DNA of 64,000 nucleotides from Leucoraja ocellata (Eukaryota), in contig JAWMAR010000471.1 in the NCBI GenBank assembly GCA_036785375.1, positions 124,001 through 188,000 of the forward strand. The letters run 5' to 3'. Numbering within the stretch: the first letter of the stretch is position 1; each line of letters starts with the position of its first letter. The translations under genes and the position numbers were made by a program. Under the pieces are notes generated by a model. The model searched no databases. It saw nothing but the letters and a program-made list of their open reading frames with translations, and was not told the origin of the DNA. Positions 22,698 to 36,905 of this stretch are shown here, one piece after another.

Positions 22698-23512
22698 ATG
22701 CTGTCCTTGACAATGTATTGGCTTCTTACAGCTGCAGCTCTCTTAACCGGTAAGTTCACCACGTTTCCAATAATGTAGGGCACGATATTTAATCAACCAA
22801 ATACCTTGAATGCAACACAACGACTTTAGAAAGGGAGTCCGTATGAGGCCAGTAAACGCAGAGCACATTAGGAAAAAAGATGCAGTTTCACAGTAATTGA
22901 TGTTCGGAAGTTCGAGGTGAGTTTCCAGGTTAATTGTTGGAAAGCAGCCGCGATGGTTAAGCATCGGAGAGTGTGCACACACCGGTGGTTCACGCACGAG
23001 TGATCTACGATTTCCCCCTTCCTCCCCGGAAGCAACAACGACGTCCAGTCCGATGGAACGGGTTGTATAATCTTTAAAGATAAATTTATTCCGTAATTCC
23101 CAGCTCCTTTCCGCCCATCTTTATTTAGCTTTTTTGGGGAGGGGTATGTTTGATGTCATTGCTGAATTAGGTGATGTTGTGTTATTTATCCCCGGACTCT
23201 TGCAGGTAATTGTCGAGGCGACGCCGTTTCTCAGACACCAGCAGCGTTTACAGTGAGTGAAGGGGATGACGCACAGTTGAACTGCAGCTACACAGCTACA
23301 AGCTTGAACAATCCTGGTCTTATCTGGTACCGTCAGTATCCCGGCGGATCCCTTGAATTTCTGCTGCTCAGAATGAAATACGAAGTCGCCCCGAAGAACA
23401 ATGCCGGTGAACGCTTCTCTGCGGAGCTCGACCTTTTGGCAGGAACGGTCCCGCTGACGGTGTCACAAACGCGGCTCCGAGACTCGGCGTTGTATTACTG
23501 CGCTGTGAGCCC
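22698..23512 (+). CDS. TRAV: V10: TCR alpha/delta V, family C, intact
   Basis: Leader 22698-22749; V exon 23206-23512. RSS CACGGAG-23-ACAAAAACA at 23513-23551. Confidence 0.9.
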
Positions 23513-23871
23513 CACGGAGGCGCAGAATTGGGCTGAGCCTGTACAAAAACACCAAGCGCACCCAGTCACGTATCAGCGCGTGGATCTGTGTCAGCGTCGG
23601 CCCTTCCTCGCTGAATGCAGCATCCGTCCCACCGCCTGTATGTACCACCAGCTTCTCATATTTAAACATTAGGTCCCTGAACATTACACAGCAGTAACAG
23701 ATGAGCAATGAACTGTCTTCGGTTGCACTAAGCACTTCATGCCTTTCGTGTACATGAATGTTGCTGTTTATTTATTGAAATTTGTTTATTGTATATTATA
23801 TTTCAGATCTTGCCCCTCCTGTGACGTCATGGAGCAGAAAACAAAGGACGTTTGAGATGATTGGGCAACAA

Positions 23872-24238
23872 GAGGAAGCGAGCGGGCAAGATCATCTCTG
23901 ACCCCTCTCACCCTGGCGACAAACTATTTGAATCACTTCCCCCAGGAAGGCGACTCCGGACTGTCAAAGCTGCCACAGCCAGACATAAAAACAGTTTTTA
24001 TCCACGAGTAGTTACTCTACTCAACAGCCAAATATCTGTAGCCTCCCTTTTATCTGGTAGTTTGTTGGTTCACATGCTTGATCAATGGTGTTTTATCATG
24101 AACGTTTTATTATTATCAATGTTTAGTGTTTTCTGAGGTATTCGTAACTGTCACTGTATGTTATGTTGTTACGTGTGGGTGGAGCTCCAAGGCATAATCC
24201 TTGTATGTGAATACTTGGCCAATAAAATTACTTACTTA
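23872..24238 (+). mobile_element. Rex1/Babar 3' fragment inserted in a V promoter (copies at ~33800-34166, 40520-40890 and partial 52498-52620)
   Basis: RAGKIISDPSHPGDKLFESLPPGRRLRTVKAATARHKNSFYP; (TTAC)n tail. Interrupts gggcaacaa|aagcagtga. Confidence 0.8.
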
Positions 24239-24448
24239 CAAAAGCAGTGATGTGATTGGCGGAATTAAGAAACTCAGTGAATTCGGGGAGTTGGAGAACA
24301 AATTAGCTCTGCGCCGACGGGATGTGACGTTGTCAAGAATAAGTCAATGATTGAAGAGCCTAGAGCACACCCCTTTCACAATATCAGATTAAACCTGTTT
24401 CCGGGTGAGACCATTTCAGTTCATATTCACTCTCAATGCAATTACAAC

Positions 24449-25310
24449 ATGCTGGCCTTGACAATGTATTGGCTTCTTACAGCTGCAGCTCTCTTAACCG
24501 GTAAGTTCACCACGTTTCCAATACTGTAGGGCACGATATTTATTCAACCAAATACCTTGAATGCAACACAACGACTTTAGAAAGGGAGTCCGTCCGTATG
24601 ACGACAGTAAACGCAGAGCACATTAGGAAAAAAGATGCCGTTTCACAGTAATTGATGTTCGGAAATTTAAGGTGAGTTTCCGGGTTAATTGTTGGAAAGC
24701 AGCGCCAATGGAGAAGCATCGTAGAGTTAGAACACACCGGTGGTTCACGCACGAGTGATCTACGATTCCCATTTTCACACCCCGGATGGAGTAACGACGT
24801 CCAATCCGATGGAACCGGTTGGATTATCTTTAAAGATAAATTTAGTCGGTAATTCCCAGCGCATTTCCGCCCATATTTATTTAGCTTTTGGGGAGGGGTA
24901 TGTTTGATGTCATTGTATCTCACATCAGTATCAGGATGAGGGGTATTCTGAAATATGAGCTGAATTAGGTGATGTTGTATTATTTATCCCCGGACTCTTG
25001 CAGGGAATTGTCGAGGCGACGCCGTTTCCCAGACACCGGCAGCGGTTACAGTGAGTGAAGGGGAGGATACAAAATTGAGCTGCAACTATACATCTTCAAG
25101 CTCGATCACTCCTGGACTAATCTGGTACCGTCAGTATCCCGGCGGATCCCTTGAATTTCTGCTGCTCAGAACGACATACAAAGGCGGTGAGAAGAACAAT
25201 GCCGGGGCGCGATTTTCTGCTGAGCTCAACCATTCGACAGGAACGGTCCCGCTGACGGTGTCACAAACGCGGCTCCGAGACTCGGCGATGTATTACTGCG
25301 CTCTAACCCC
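24449..25310 (+). CDS. TRAV: V11: TCR alpha/delta V, family C, intact
   Basis: Leader 24449-24500; V exon 25004-25310. RSS CACGGTG-23-ACAAAAACT at 25311-25349. Confidence 0.92.
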
Positions 25311-26114
25311 CACGGTGGCGCACAATTGGGCTGAGCCTGTACAAAAACTACCAGAGTACCCCGTCAGTTTGCAGCGCGTTTGTCAGCATCTGCGCGCCCT
25401 TGTTGATTGCTGCACCCGTCCCAACGCCAGTGTGTTTGCTGTCATTAATACACGATTTTTAAATATGAAAAAACCCCATGGTAATTGGGTTGAAGAATAG
25501 CTTCTAACAAACAAATATTAGGTGTTTGAGCCCTGCACCGCACTAAAAGATGAACTGTGGAAAGTATTCGGTTGCATTAAGCACGTCATGCATGTTATGC
25601 ACATGGACCTGGTTGATAATTGATTACATTTTGTTTATTGCAAGGACTTTGGAACTTTTGCCTTCCATCACACTGAGGAGGTGCCTGGTGGACTCACTGT
25701 GGTGGATGTTAAAACTGTGTTGAGTGTGTGTTTTGTTATTTTATTCTATGTTGTGACAGCTCGGTTAAACCATTTATTTGTACTGTAAATGTGCAATGAC
25801 AATAAAGTTGAATCTAATCTAATCTAATCTAATTATATATTGTACTTCCGGTCTTGCCCCTCCTGTGTCGTCATGGAACAGTACGTAAAGGAGGTTTGAG
25901 ATGATTGGGCACCAAAAGCTGTGATGTGATTGGCAGAATTAAGAAACTTCGGGGAGTTGGTGAACAAATTAGCTCCGCGCAGACAGGATATGACGCTGTC
26001 ACGAATAAGACAATGAATGAAGAACATCGACCACACTCCTTTCACAATATCAGATTAAACCTGTTTCCGGGTGAGACCATTTCAGTTCATATTCACTCTC
26101 AATGCAATTACAAC

Positions 26115-26972
26115 ATGATGGCCTAGACAATGTATTGGCTTCTTACAGCTGCAGCTCTCTTAACCGGTAAGTTCACCACGTTTCCAATAATGTAGGGCAT
26201 GATATTTATTCAACCAAATACCTTGAATGCTACATAACGACTTTAGAAAATGAGTCCGTATGGCGACAGTAAACGCAGAGCACATTCGGAGAAAACGATG
26301 CAGTTTCACAATAATTGATGTTCGGAAATTCGAGGTGAGTTTCCAGGTTAATTGTTGGAAAGCAGCCGCGATGGTGAAGCATCGTAGAGTTAGAGCACAC
26401 CGGTGGTTCACGCACGAGTGATCTACGATTTCCCCCTTCCTCCCCGGAAGCAATAACTACGTCCAGTCCGATGGAAGGGTTGGATTATCTTTAAAGATGA
26501 ATCAATTAGGCATTTCCCAGCTCCTTTCCGCCCATCTTTATTTAGCTTTTTGGGGAAGAGTATGTTTGATGTCATTGTACCTCATATCAGTATCAGGATG
26601 AGGGGCATTCTGAAATATGAGCTGAGTTGGGTGATATTGTGTTATTTATCCCCGGTCTCTTGCAGGGAATTGTCGAGGCGACGACGTTTCCCAGACACCG
26701 GCAGCGGTTACAGTGAGTGAAGGGGATGATACAAAATTGAGCTGCAACTATACAGTTACAAGCACGACCAATCCTGGACTAATCTGGTACCGTCAGTATC
26801 CCGGCGGATCCCTTGAGTTTCTGCTGCTCCGAACGAAATACCAAGACGGCGAGAAGAACAATGCCGGGGACCGTTTTACTGCGGAGCTCAACCATTCGAC
26901 AGGAACGGTCCCGCTGACGGTGTCACAAACGCGGCTCCGAGACTCGGCGATGCATTACTGCGCTATGAACCC
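26115..26972 (+). pseudogene. TRAV: V12: family C V with a stop in leader codon 4 (possibly rescued by ATG 26130)
   Basis: ATG ATG GCC TAG ACA ATG TAT TGG. V exon 26666-26972 is open but has HYC for YYC. RSS 26973-27011 intact. Confidence 0.7.
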
Positions 26973-27786
26973 CACGGTGGCGCAGAATTGGGCTGAGTCT
27001 GTACAAAAACTATCAGAGATGCACGTCAGTTTGCAGCGCGTTTGTCAGCATCGGCGCGCCCTTGATGATTGCTGCACCCGTCCCAACGCCAGTGTGTTTG
27101 CTGTCATTAATACACGATTTTTAAATATGAAAACCTCCCATGATAATTGGGTTGACGAATAGCTTCCAACAAAAAATATTAGGTTTTTGAACACTACACA
27201 GCACTAAAAGATGAACTATGAAATGTCTTCGGTTGCATTAAGCACTTCATGCATCTTATGCACATGGACCTGGTTGTTAATTTATTGCATTTTGTTCATT
27301 ACAAGGACTTTGGGACTTTTGCCTTCCATCACAGTGAGCAGGTGCCTGTTAGACTAGCTGTGGTGGATGTTAAAACTGTGTTGAGTGTGTGTTTTGTTAT
27401 TTTATTCTATGTTACGCCAGCTCGGTTAAACCATTTCTTTGTACTGTAAATGTGCAATGACAATAAAGTTGAATGTAATCTAATCTAATCTAATTATATA
27501 TTGTACTTCCGGCCTTGCTCCTCCTGTGACGCCCTGGAACAGAAAAGAAAGGAGGTGTGAGATGATTGGGCAACAAAAGCAGTGATGTGATTGGCGGCGG
27601 AATTAAGAAACTGAGTGAATTCGGGGAGTTGGAGAACAAATTAGCTCCGCGCAGACAGGATGTGACGCTGTCTCGAATAAGCCAATGAATGAAGAACCCA
27701 GACCACAGCTCTTTCACAATATCAGTTTAAACCTGTTTCCGGGTGAGACCATTTCAGTTCATATTCACTCTCAATGCAATTACAAC

Positions 27787-28644
27787 ATGCTGGCCTTGAC
27801 AATGTATTGGCTTCTTACAGCTGCAGCTATCTTAACCGGTAAGTTCTCCACGATTCCAATACTGGAGGGCATGATATTTAATCAACCAAATACCTTGAAT
27901 GCAACTCAACGACTTTAGAAAGGGAGTCCGTATGAGGCCAGTAAACGCAGAGCACATTGGGGAAAAAGATGCAGTTTCACAGTAATTGATGTTCGGAAAT
28001 TCGCGGTGCCTTTCCAGGTTAATTGTTGGAAAGCAGCGCCGACGGAGAAGCATCTTCGAGTTAGAACACACCGGAGGTTCACGCACGAGAGATCTACGAT
28101 TCCCTTCTTACACCCAGGAAGCAATAACGACTTCCAGTGCGATGAAACGGGTTGGATTATCTTTAAAGATAAATTTATTTGGTAATTCCCAGCGCCTTCC
28201 CGCCCATCTTTATTTAGCTTTTAGGGGAGGGGTATGTTTGATGTCATTGTACCTCATATCAGTATCAGGATGAGGGATATTCTAAAATATGAGCTGAATT
28301 AGGTGATGTTTTGTTATTTATCCCCGGATTCTTTCAGGGAATTGTCGAGGCGACGCCGTTTCTCAGACACCGGCAACGGTTACAGTGAGTGAAGGGGATG
28401 ACGCACAGTTGAGCTGCAACTATACAGCTACAAGCTCGGACAATCCTGGTCTTATCTGGTACCGTCAGTATCCCGGCGGATCCCTTGAGTTTCTGCTGCT
28501 CAGAATGAAATACGAAGCCGCCCCGAAGAACAATGCCGGGGACCGTTTCTCTGCTGAGCTCAACCATTCGAAAGGAACGGTCCCGCTGACGCTGTCACAA
28601 ACGCGGCTCCGAGACTCGGCGACGTATTACTGCGCTCTGAACCC
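27787..28644 (+). CDS. TRAV: V13: TCR alpha/delta V, family C, intact
   Basis: Leader 27787-27838; V exon 28338-28644. RSS CACGGTG at 28645-28683. Confidence 0.92.
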
Positions 28645-29237
28645 CACGGTGGCGCACAATTGGGCTGATCCTGTACAAAAACTATCAGAGATCCCCGTCA
28701 GTTTGCAGCGCGTTTGTCAGCATCGGCGCGCCCTTGATGATTGCTGCACCCGTCACAACGCCAGTGTGTTTGCTGTCATTAATACACGATTTTTAAATAT
28801 TAAAAAAACATTATAATTGGGTTGCAGAATAGCTAACTGTGTTGAGTGTGTGTTTTGTTATTTTAATCTATGTTATGACAGCTCGGTTAAACCATTTCGT
28901 TGTACTGTAAATGTGCAATGACAATAAAGTTGAATCTAATCTAATCTAATCTAATTATATATTGTACTTCCGGCCTTGTCTCTCCTGTGACGTCATGGAA
29001 CAGAAAACAAAGAAGGTTTGAAATGATTGGGCAACAAAAGTTGTGATGTGATTGGCAGAATATACGAAACTGAGTGGAGTTGGAGAACAAATTATCTCCG
29101 CGCCGACGGGACGTGACGCTGTCAAGGATAAGCCAATGAATGAAGAACATCGACCACAGCTCTTTTACAATATCAGATTAAACCTGTTTCCGGGTGAGAC
29201 CATTTCAGTTCATATTCACTCTCAATGCAATTACAAC

Positions 29238-30095
29238 ATGCTGGCCTTGCTGATGTATTGGCTTCTTACAGCTGCAGCTCTCTTAATCGGTAAATTCAGC
29301 ACGTTTCCAATACTGTAGGGCATGATATTTAATCAACCAAATTCCTTGAATGCAACACAACGACTTTAGAAAGGGAGTACGTATGAGGACAGTAATCGCA
29401 GAGCACATTAGGAAAAAACATGTAGTTTCACAGTAATTGATGTTCGGAAATTCGCGGTGCCTTTCCAGATTAATTGTTGGAAAGCAGCCGCGATGGTGAA
29501 GCATCGGAGAGTGTGAACACACCGGTGGTTCACGTACGAGTGATCTACGATTTCCCCCTTCCTCCCCGGAAGCAATAATGACGTCCAGTCCGATGGAACG
29601 GGTTGGATTATCTTTAAAGATAAATTTATTCGGTAATTCCCAGCGCCTTTCCGCCCATCTTTATTTAGCTTTTTGGGGAGGGTTATGTTTGATGTAATTG
29701 CACCTCATATCAGTATCAGGATGAGGGGTGTTCTGAAGTATGAGCTGAATTAGGTGATGTTGTGTTATTTATCCCCGGTCTCTTGCAGGGAATTGTCGAG
29801 GCGACGCCGTTTCTCAGACACCGGCAACGGTTACAGTGAGTGAAGGGGATGATACAAAATTGAGCTGCAACTATACAGCTACAAGCTCGACCAATCCTGG
29901 ACTAATCTGGTACCGTCAGTATCCCGGCGGATCCCTTGAGTTTCTGCTGCTCAGAACGACATACAAAGGCGGCGAGAAGAACAATGCCGGGGACCGTTTT
30001 ACTGCGGAGCACGACCATTCGACAGGAACGGTCCCGCTGACGGTGTCACAAACGCGGCTCCGAGACTCGGCGATGTATTACTGCGCTCTAAACCC
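29238..30095 (+). CDS. TRAV: V14: TCR alpha/delta V, family C, open; weakened nonamer
   Basis: Leader 29238-29289 (donor GTAAAT); V exon 29789-30095. RSS CACGGTG-23-ACATAAACT at 30096-30134. Confidence 0.85.
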
Positions 30096-30638
30096 CACGG
30101 TGGCGCAGAATTGGGCTGAGCCTGTACATAAACTACCAGAGAAACAACTGACGTATCACCCCGTAAGCACAACTTTCTCAGTTCGGCGCGTCCTCGTAGA
30201 TTGCTGCACCCGTCCCGACGCCAGTGTGTTTGCTGCCATTAATACTCGATTTTTAAATATTAAAAAAACCCCATGACAGTTGGCTTGAAGAATACCTTCT
30301 AACAAACAAATATTAGGTTTTTGAGCCCGACACCGCACTAAAAGATGAATTAGGAAATGTATTCGCTTGCATTAAGCACTTCATGCATCTTATGCACATG
30401 GACCTAGTTGTTAATTTATTGAATTTTGTTTATTACAAGGACTTTGGGACTTTTGCCTTCCATCGCCGTGAGGAGGTGTCTGTTGGACTCACTGTGGTGG
30501 ATGTTAAAACTGTGTTGAGTGTGTGTTTTGTTATTTTATTCTATGTTATGACAGCTCGGTTAAACCATTTCGTTGTTCTGTAAATGTGCAGTGACAATAA
30601 AGTTGAATCTAAACTAATCTAATCTAATGATATATTGT

Positions 30639-30820
30639 ACTTCCGGCCTTGCCCCTCCTGTGACGTCATGGAACAGAAAACAAAGGAGGTTTGAGATGAT
30701 TGGGCTACAAAAGCAGTGATGTGATTGGCGGAATTAAGAAACAGTTAATTCGGGAAGTTGGAGAACAAATTAGCTCCGCGCCGACGGGATGTGACGCTTT
30801 CAAGAATAAGCCAATGAATG
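30639..30820 (+). promoter_or_regulatory. Family C V promoter (representative copy): ETS site, CRE, CCAAT boxes
   Basis: ACTTCCGG at 30639-30646, TGACGTCA at 30661-30668, two GATTGG, a second TGACG half-site and GCCAAT. Repeated upstream of most family C leaders. CRE and ETS motifs are typical of TCR V promoters. Confidence 0.65.
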
Positions 30821-30915
30821 AAGAACATCGACCACACCCCTTTCACAATATCAAATTAAACCTGTTTCCGGGTGAGACCATTTCAGTTCATATTCACTCT
30901 CAATGCAATTACAAC

Positions 30916-31774
30916 ATGCTGGCCTTGACAATGTATTGGCTTCTTACAGCTGCAGCTCTCTTAACCGGTAAGTTCACCACGTTTCCAATAATGTAGGGCA
31001 CGATATTTAATCAACCAAGTGCCTTGAATGCAACACAATTACTTTAGAAAGGGAGTTCGTGTAGTGATAGTAAACGCAGAGCACATTAGAAAAAAAAGAT
31101 GCAGTTTCTCAGTAATTGATGTTCGGAAATTTGAGGTGAGTTTCCAGGTCAATTGTTGGAACGCAGCCCAGACGGAGAAGCATCGTAGAGTTAGAACACA
31201 CCGGTGGTCCCCGTACGAGTGATCTACGATTTCCCCCTTCCTCCCCGGAACCAATGACGACGTCCAGTCCGATGGAACGGGTTGTATTATCTTTAAAGAT
31301 GAATCAATTAGGCATTTCCCAGCTCCTTTCCGCCCATCTTTATTTAGCTTTTTGGGGAGGAGTATGTTTGATGTCATTGTACCTCATATCAGTATCAGGA
31401 TGAGGGGTATTCTGAAGTATGAGCTGAGTTGGGTAATATTGTGTTATTTATCCCCGCTCTCTTGCAGGGAATTGTCGAGGCGACGACGTTTCCCAGACAC
31501 CGGCAGTGGTTACAGTGAGTGAAGGGGAGGATACAAAATTGAGCTGCAACTATACAGCTACAAGCACGACCAATCCTGGACTAATCTGGTACCGTCAGTA
31601 TCCCGGCGGATCCCTTGAGTTTCTGCTGCTCAGAACGAAATACCAAGGCGGCGAGAAGAACAATGCCGGGGACCGTTTTTCTGCGGAGCTCGACCATTCG
31701 ACAGGAACGGTCCCACTGACGGTGTCACAAACGCGGCTCCGAGACTCGGCGATGTATTACTGCGCTCTGAGCCC
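30916..31774 (+). CDS. TRAV: V15: TCR alpha/delta V, family C, intact
   Basis: Leader 30916-30967; V exon 31468-31774. RSS CACGGAG at 31775-31813. Confidence 0.9.
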
Positions 31775-32579
31775 CACGGAGACGCAGAATTGGGCTGAGC
31801 CTGTACAAAAACTACAAGTGCACCCACTGACGTATCACCCCGTAAGCACAACTTTCTCAGCATCGGCGCGTCCTCGTTGATTGCTGCTCCCGTTCCAACG
31901 CCAGTGTGTTTGCTGTCATTAATATACGATTTTTAAATATTAAAAAACGACCATGATAATTGGGTTGCAGAATAGCTTCTAACAAACAAATATTAGGTCC
32001 TTGAACCCCACACCGCACTAAAAGATGAACTATGAAATGTCTTCGGTTGCATTAAGCAATTCATGCATCTTATGCACATGGACTTGGTTGTTAATTTATT
32101 GAATTTTGTTTATTACAAGGACTTTGGGACTTTTGCCTTCCATCACAGTGAGGAGGTGCCTGGTGGACTCACTGTGGTGAATGTTAAAACTGTGTTGAGT
32201 GTGTGTTTTGTTATTTTATTCTATGTTATGACTGCTCGGTTAAACCATTTCTTTGTACTGTAAATGTGCAATGACAATAAAGTTGAATCTAATCTAATCT
32301 AATCTAATTATATATTGTACTTCCGGTCGTGCCCGTCATGGAACAGAAAAGAAAGGACGTTTGAAATGATTGGGCAACAAAAGCTGTGATGTGATTGGCA
32401 GAATTAAGAAACTTCGGGAACATGGAGAACAAATTAGCTCCGCGCTGACGGGATGTGACGCTGTCAAGAATAAGCCAATGAATGAAGAACCCAGCCCACA
32501 GCTCTTTTACAATATCAGATTAAACCTGTTTCCCGGTGAGAGCATTTCAGTTCATATTCACTCTCAATGCAATTACAAC

Positions 32580-33440
32580 ATGCTGGCCTTGACAATGTAT
32601 TGGCTTCTTACAGCTGCTGCTCTCTTAACCGGTAAGTTCACCACGTTTCCAATAATGTAGGGCACGATATTTAATCAACGAAGTGCCTTGAATGCAACAC
32701 AACGACTTTAGAAAGGGAGTCCGTATGAGCACAGTGAACGTAGAGCACATTAGGAAAAAAGATGCAGTTTCACAGTAATTGATGTTCGGAAATGCGAGGT
32801 GAGTTTCCAGGTTAATTGTTGGAAAGCAGCCGCGATGGTGCAGCCGCATCGTAGAGTCAGAACACACCGGTGGTTCACGCACGAGTGATCTACGTTTCCC
32901 CCTTTCCACCCCGGAAGCAATAACGACGTCCAGTCCGATGGAACGGGTTGGATTATCTTTAAAGATCAATTTATTCGGTAATTCCCAGCGTCTTTCCGCC
33001 CATCTTTATTTAGCTTTTAGGGGAGGGATATGTTTGATGTCATTGTACCTCATATCAGTATCAGGATGAGGGGTATTCTGAAGTAAGAGCTGAATTAGGA
33101 GATGTTGTGTTATTTATCCCTGGACTCTTGCAGGGAATTGTCGAGGCGACGCCGTTTCTCAGTCACCGGCAGCGGTTACAGTGAGTGAAGGGGATGACGC
33201 ACAGTTGAACTGCAGCTACACAGCTACAAGCTCGAACAATCCTGGTCTAATCTGGTACCGTCAGTATCCCGGCGGATCCCTTGAATTTCTGCTGCTCAGA
33301 ATGAAATACGAAGCCGCCCCGAAGAACAATGCCGGTGAACGCTTCTCTGCGGAGCTCGACCTTTTGGCAGGAACGGTCCCGCTGACGGTGTCACAAACGC
33401 GGCTCCGAGACTCGGCGATGTATTACTGCGCTCTGAGCCC
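32580..33440 (+). CDS. TRAV: V16: TCR alpha/delta V, family C, intact (close to V10)
   Basis: Leader 32580-32631; V exon 33134-33440. RSS CACGGAG at 33441-33479. Confidence 0.9.
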
Positions 33441-34375
33441 CACGGAGGCGCAGAATTGGGCTGAGCCTGTACAAAAACTCCAAGCGCACCCAGTCACGTA
33501 TCAGCGCGTGGAACTGTGTCAGCGTCGGCCCTTCCTCGCTGAATTCAGCATCCGTCCCACCGCCTGTATGTACCAGCAGCTTCTCATATTTAAACATTAG
33601 GTCCCTGAACATTACACAGCAGTAACAGATGAGCAATGAACTGTCTTCGGTTGCACTAAGCACTTCATGCCTTTCGTGTGCATGAATGTTGTTGTTTATT
33701 TATTGCATTTTGTTTATTGTATATTATACTTCAGACCTTGCCCCTCCTGTGACATCATGGAGCAGAAAACAAAGGAGGTTTGAGATGATTGGGCAACAAG
33801 AGGAAGCGAGCGGTCAAGATCATCGCTGACCACTCTCACCCTGGCGACAAACTATTTGAATCACTTCCCTCAGGAAGGCGACTCCGGACTGTCAAAGCTG
33901 CCACAGTCAGATATGAAATAGTATTTATCCACGAGTAGTTACTCTACTCAACAGCCAAATATCTGTAGCCTCCCTTTTATCTGGTATTTTGTTGGTTCAC
34001 ATGCTTGATCAATGGTGTTTTATCATGAACGTTTTATTATTATCAATGTTTAGTGTTTTCTGAGATATTCGTAACTGTCACTGTATGATATGTTGTTACT
34101 TGTGGGCGGAGCTCCAAGGCATATTCCTTGTATGTGAATACTTGGCCAATAAAATTACTTACTTACAAAAGCAGTGATGTGATTGGCGGAATTAAGAAAC
34201 TGAGTGAATTCGGGGAGTTGGAGAACAAATCAGCTCTGCGCCGACGGGATGTGACGTTGTCAAGAATAAGCCAATGATTGAAGAGCCTAGACCACACCCC
34301 GTTCACAATATCAGATTAAACCTGTTTCCGGGTGAGACCATTTCAGTTCATATTCACTCTCAATGCAATTACAAC

Positions 34376-35237
34376 ATGCTGGCCTTGACAATGTATTGGC
34401 TTCTTACAGCTGCAGCTCTCTTAACCGGTAAGTTCACCACGTTTCCAATACTGTAGGGCACGATATTTATTCAACCAAATACCTTGAATGCAACACAACG
34501 ACTTTAGAAAGGGAGTCCGTCCGTATGACGACAGTAAACGCAGAGCACATTAGGGAAAAATATGCCGTTTCACAGTAATTGATGTTCGGAAATTAAGGTG
34601 AATTTCCGGGTTAATTGTGGGAAAGCAGCGCCAATGGAGAAGCATCGTAGAGTTAGAACACACCGGTGGTTCACGCACGAGTGATCTACGATTCCCTTTT
34701 TCCCACCCCGGAAGGAGTAACGACGTCCAATCCGATGGAACCGGTTGGATTATCTTTAAAGATAACTTTAGTCGGTAATTCCCAGCGCCTTTCCGCCCAT
34801 CTTTATTTAGCTTTTGGTGGAGGGGTATGTTTGATGTCATTGTATCTCATATCAGTATCAGGATGAGGGGTATTCTGAAATATGAGCTGAATTAGGTGAT
34901 GTTGTGTTATTTATCCCCGGTCTCTTGCAGGGAATTGTCGAGGCGACGCCGTTTCCCAGACACCGGCAGCGGTTACAGTGAGTGAAGGGGAGGATACAAA
35001 ATTGAGCTGCAACTATACATCTTCAAGCTCGATCACTCCTGGACTAATCTGGTACCGTCAGTATCCCGGCGGATCCCTTGAGTTTCTGCTGCTCAGAACG
35101 ACATACAAAGGCGGCGAGAAGAACAATGCCGGGGCCCGATTTTCTGCTGAGCTCGACCATTCGACAGGAACGATCCCGCTGACAGTGTCACAAACACGGC
35201 TCCGAGACTCGGCGATGTATTACTGCGCTCTGAACCC
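34376..35237 (+). CDS. TRAV: V17: TCR alpha/delta V, family C, intact (close to V11)
   Basis: Leader 34376-34427; V exon 34931-35237. RSS CACGGTG-23-ACAAAAAAC at 35238-35276. Confidence 0.9.
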
Positions 35238-36046
35238 CACGGTGGCTCAGAATTGGGCTGAGCCTGTACAAAAAACGATCAGAGGTCCCCGTCAGTTTGC
35301 AGCGCGTTTGTCAGCATCGGCGCGCCCTCGTTGATTGCTGAACCCATTCCAACGCCAGTGTGTTTGCTGTCATTAATACACGATTTTTATATATTAAACA
35401 AACCCATGACAATAGAGTTGAAGAATAGCTTCTAACAAACAAATATTAGGTTCTTGAACCCTACACATCACCAAAGGATGAACTATGGAATGTCTTCGGT
35501 TGCATTAAGCACTTCATGCATCTTATGCACACGGACTTGGTTGTTAACTTATTGAATTGTGTTCATTACAAGGTTTTTGGGATTTTTGCCTTCCTTCACA
35601 GCGAGGAGGTGCCTGTTGGACTCACTGTAGTGGATGTTAAAACTGTGTTGAGTGTGTGTTTTGTTATTTTATTCTATGTTATGACAGCTCGGTTAAACCA
35701 TTTCGTTGTACTGTAAATATGCAATGACAAAAAAGTTGAATCTAATCTAATCTAATTATATATTGTACTTCCGGCCTTGCCCCTCCTGTGACGTAATAGG
35801 ACCAGAAAACAAAGGAGGTGTGAGATGATTGGGCGACAAAAGCAGTGATGTGATTGGCGGAATTAAGAAACTGAGTGAATTCGGGGAGTTGGAGAACAAA
35901 TTAGCTCCGCGCCGACGGGATGTGACGTTGTAAAGAATAAGCCAATGAATTAAGAACCTAGACCACAGCACTTTCACAATATCAGATTAAACCTGTTTCC
36001 GGGTGAGACCATTTCAGTTCATATTCACTCTCAATCCAATTACAAC

Positions 36047-36905
36047 ATGCTGGCCTTGACAATGTATTGGCTTCTTACAGCTGCAGCTCTCTTAACCGGT
36101 AAGTTCACCACGTTTCCAATAATGTAGGGCACGATATTTAATCAACCATGCACCTTGAATGCAACACAATGGCTTTAGAAAGGGAGTCCGTATGAGGACA
36201 GTAAACGCAGAGCACATTAGGAAAAAAAGATGCAGTTTCACAGTAATTGATGTTCGGAAATTCGCGGTGCCTTTCCAGGTTAATTGTTGGAAAGCAGCGC
36301 TGACGGAGAAGCATCTTCGAGTTAGAACACACCGGTGGTTCACGTACGAGAGATCTACGATTCCCTTCTTACACCCAGGAAGCAATAACGACGTCCAGTG
36401 CGATGAAACGGGTTGGATTATCTATAAAGATAAATGTATTTGGTAATTCCCAGCGCCTTCCCGCCCATCTTTATTTAGCTTTTAGGGGAGGGGTATGTTT
36501 GATGTCATTGTACCTCATATCAGTATCAGGATGAGGGGTATTCTGAAGTATGAGCTGAATTAGGTGATGTTGTGTTATTGATCCCCGGTCTCTTGCAGGG
36601 AATTGTCGAGGCGACGACGTTTCTCAGTCACCGGCAGCGGCTAGAGTGAGTGAAGGGGATGACACAAAATTGAGCTGCAACTATACAGTTACAAGCGCGG
36701 CCTCTGCTGGACTAATCTGGTACCGTCAGTATCCCGGCGGATCCCTTGAGTTTCTGCTGCTCAGAACGACATACAAAGGCGGCGAGAAGAACAATGCCGG
36801 GGAACGTTTTTCTGCGGAGCTCGACCATTCGACAGGAACGGTCCCGCTGACGGTGTCACAAACGCGGCTCCGAGACTCGGCGACGTATTACTGCGCTCTG
36901 AACCC
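36047..36905 (+). CDS. TRAV: V18: TCR alpha/delta V, family C, intact
   Basis: Leader 36047-36098; V exon 36599-36905. RSS CACGGTG at 36906-36944. Confidence 0.92.

Noticed and set aside
24347-24529. Upstream in-frame ATG (MNEEPRP...) extending the leader by 34 aa
   Set aside because: The ATG abuts the CCAAT box and is probably upstream of the transcription start. The extension is hydrophilic and is disrupted in some intact genes (V10, V18, V20, V33).
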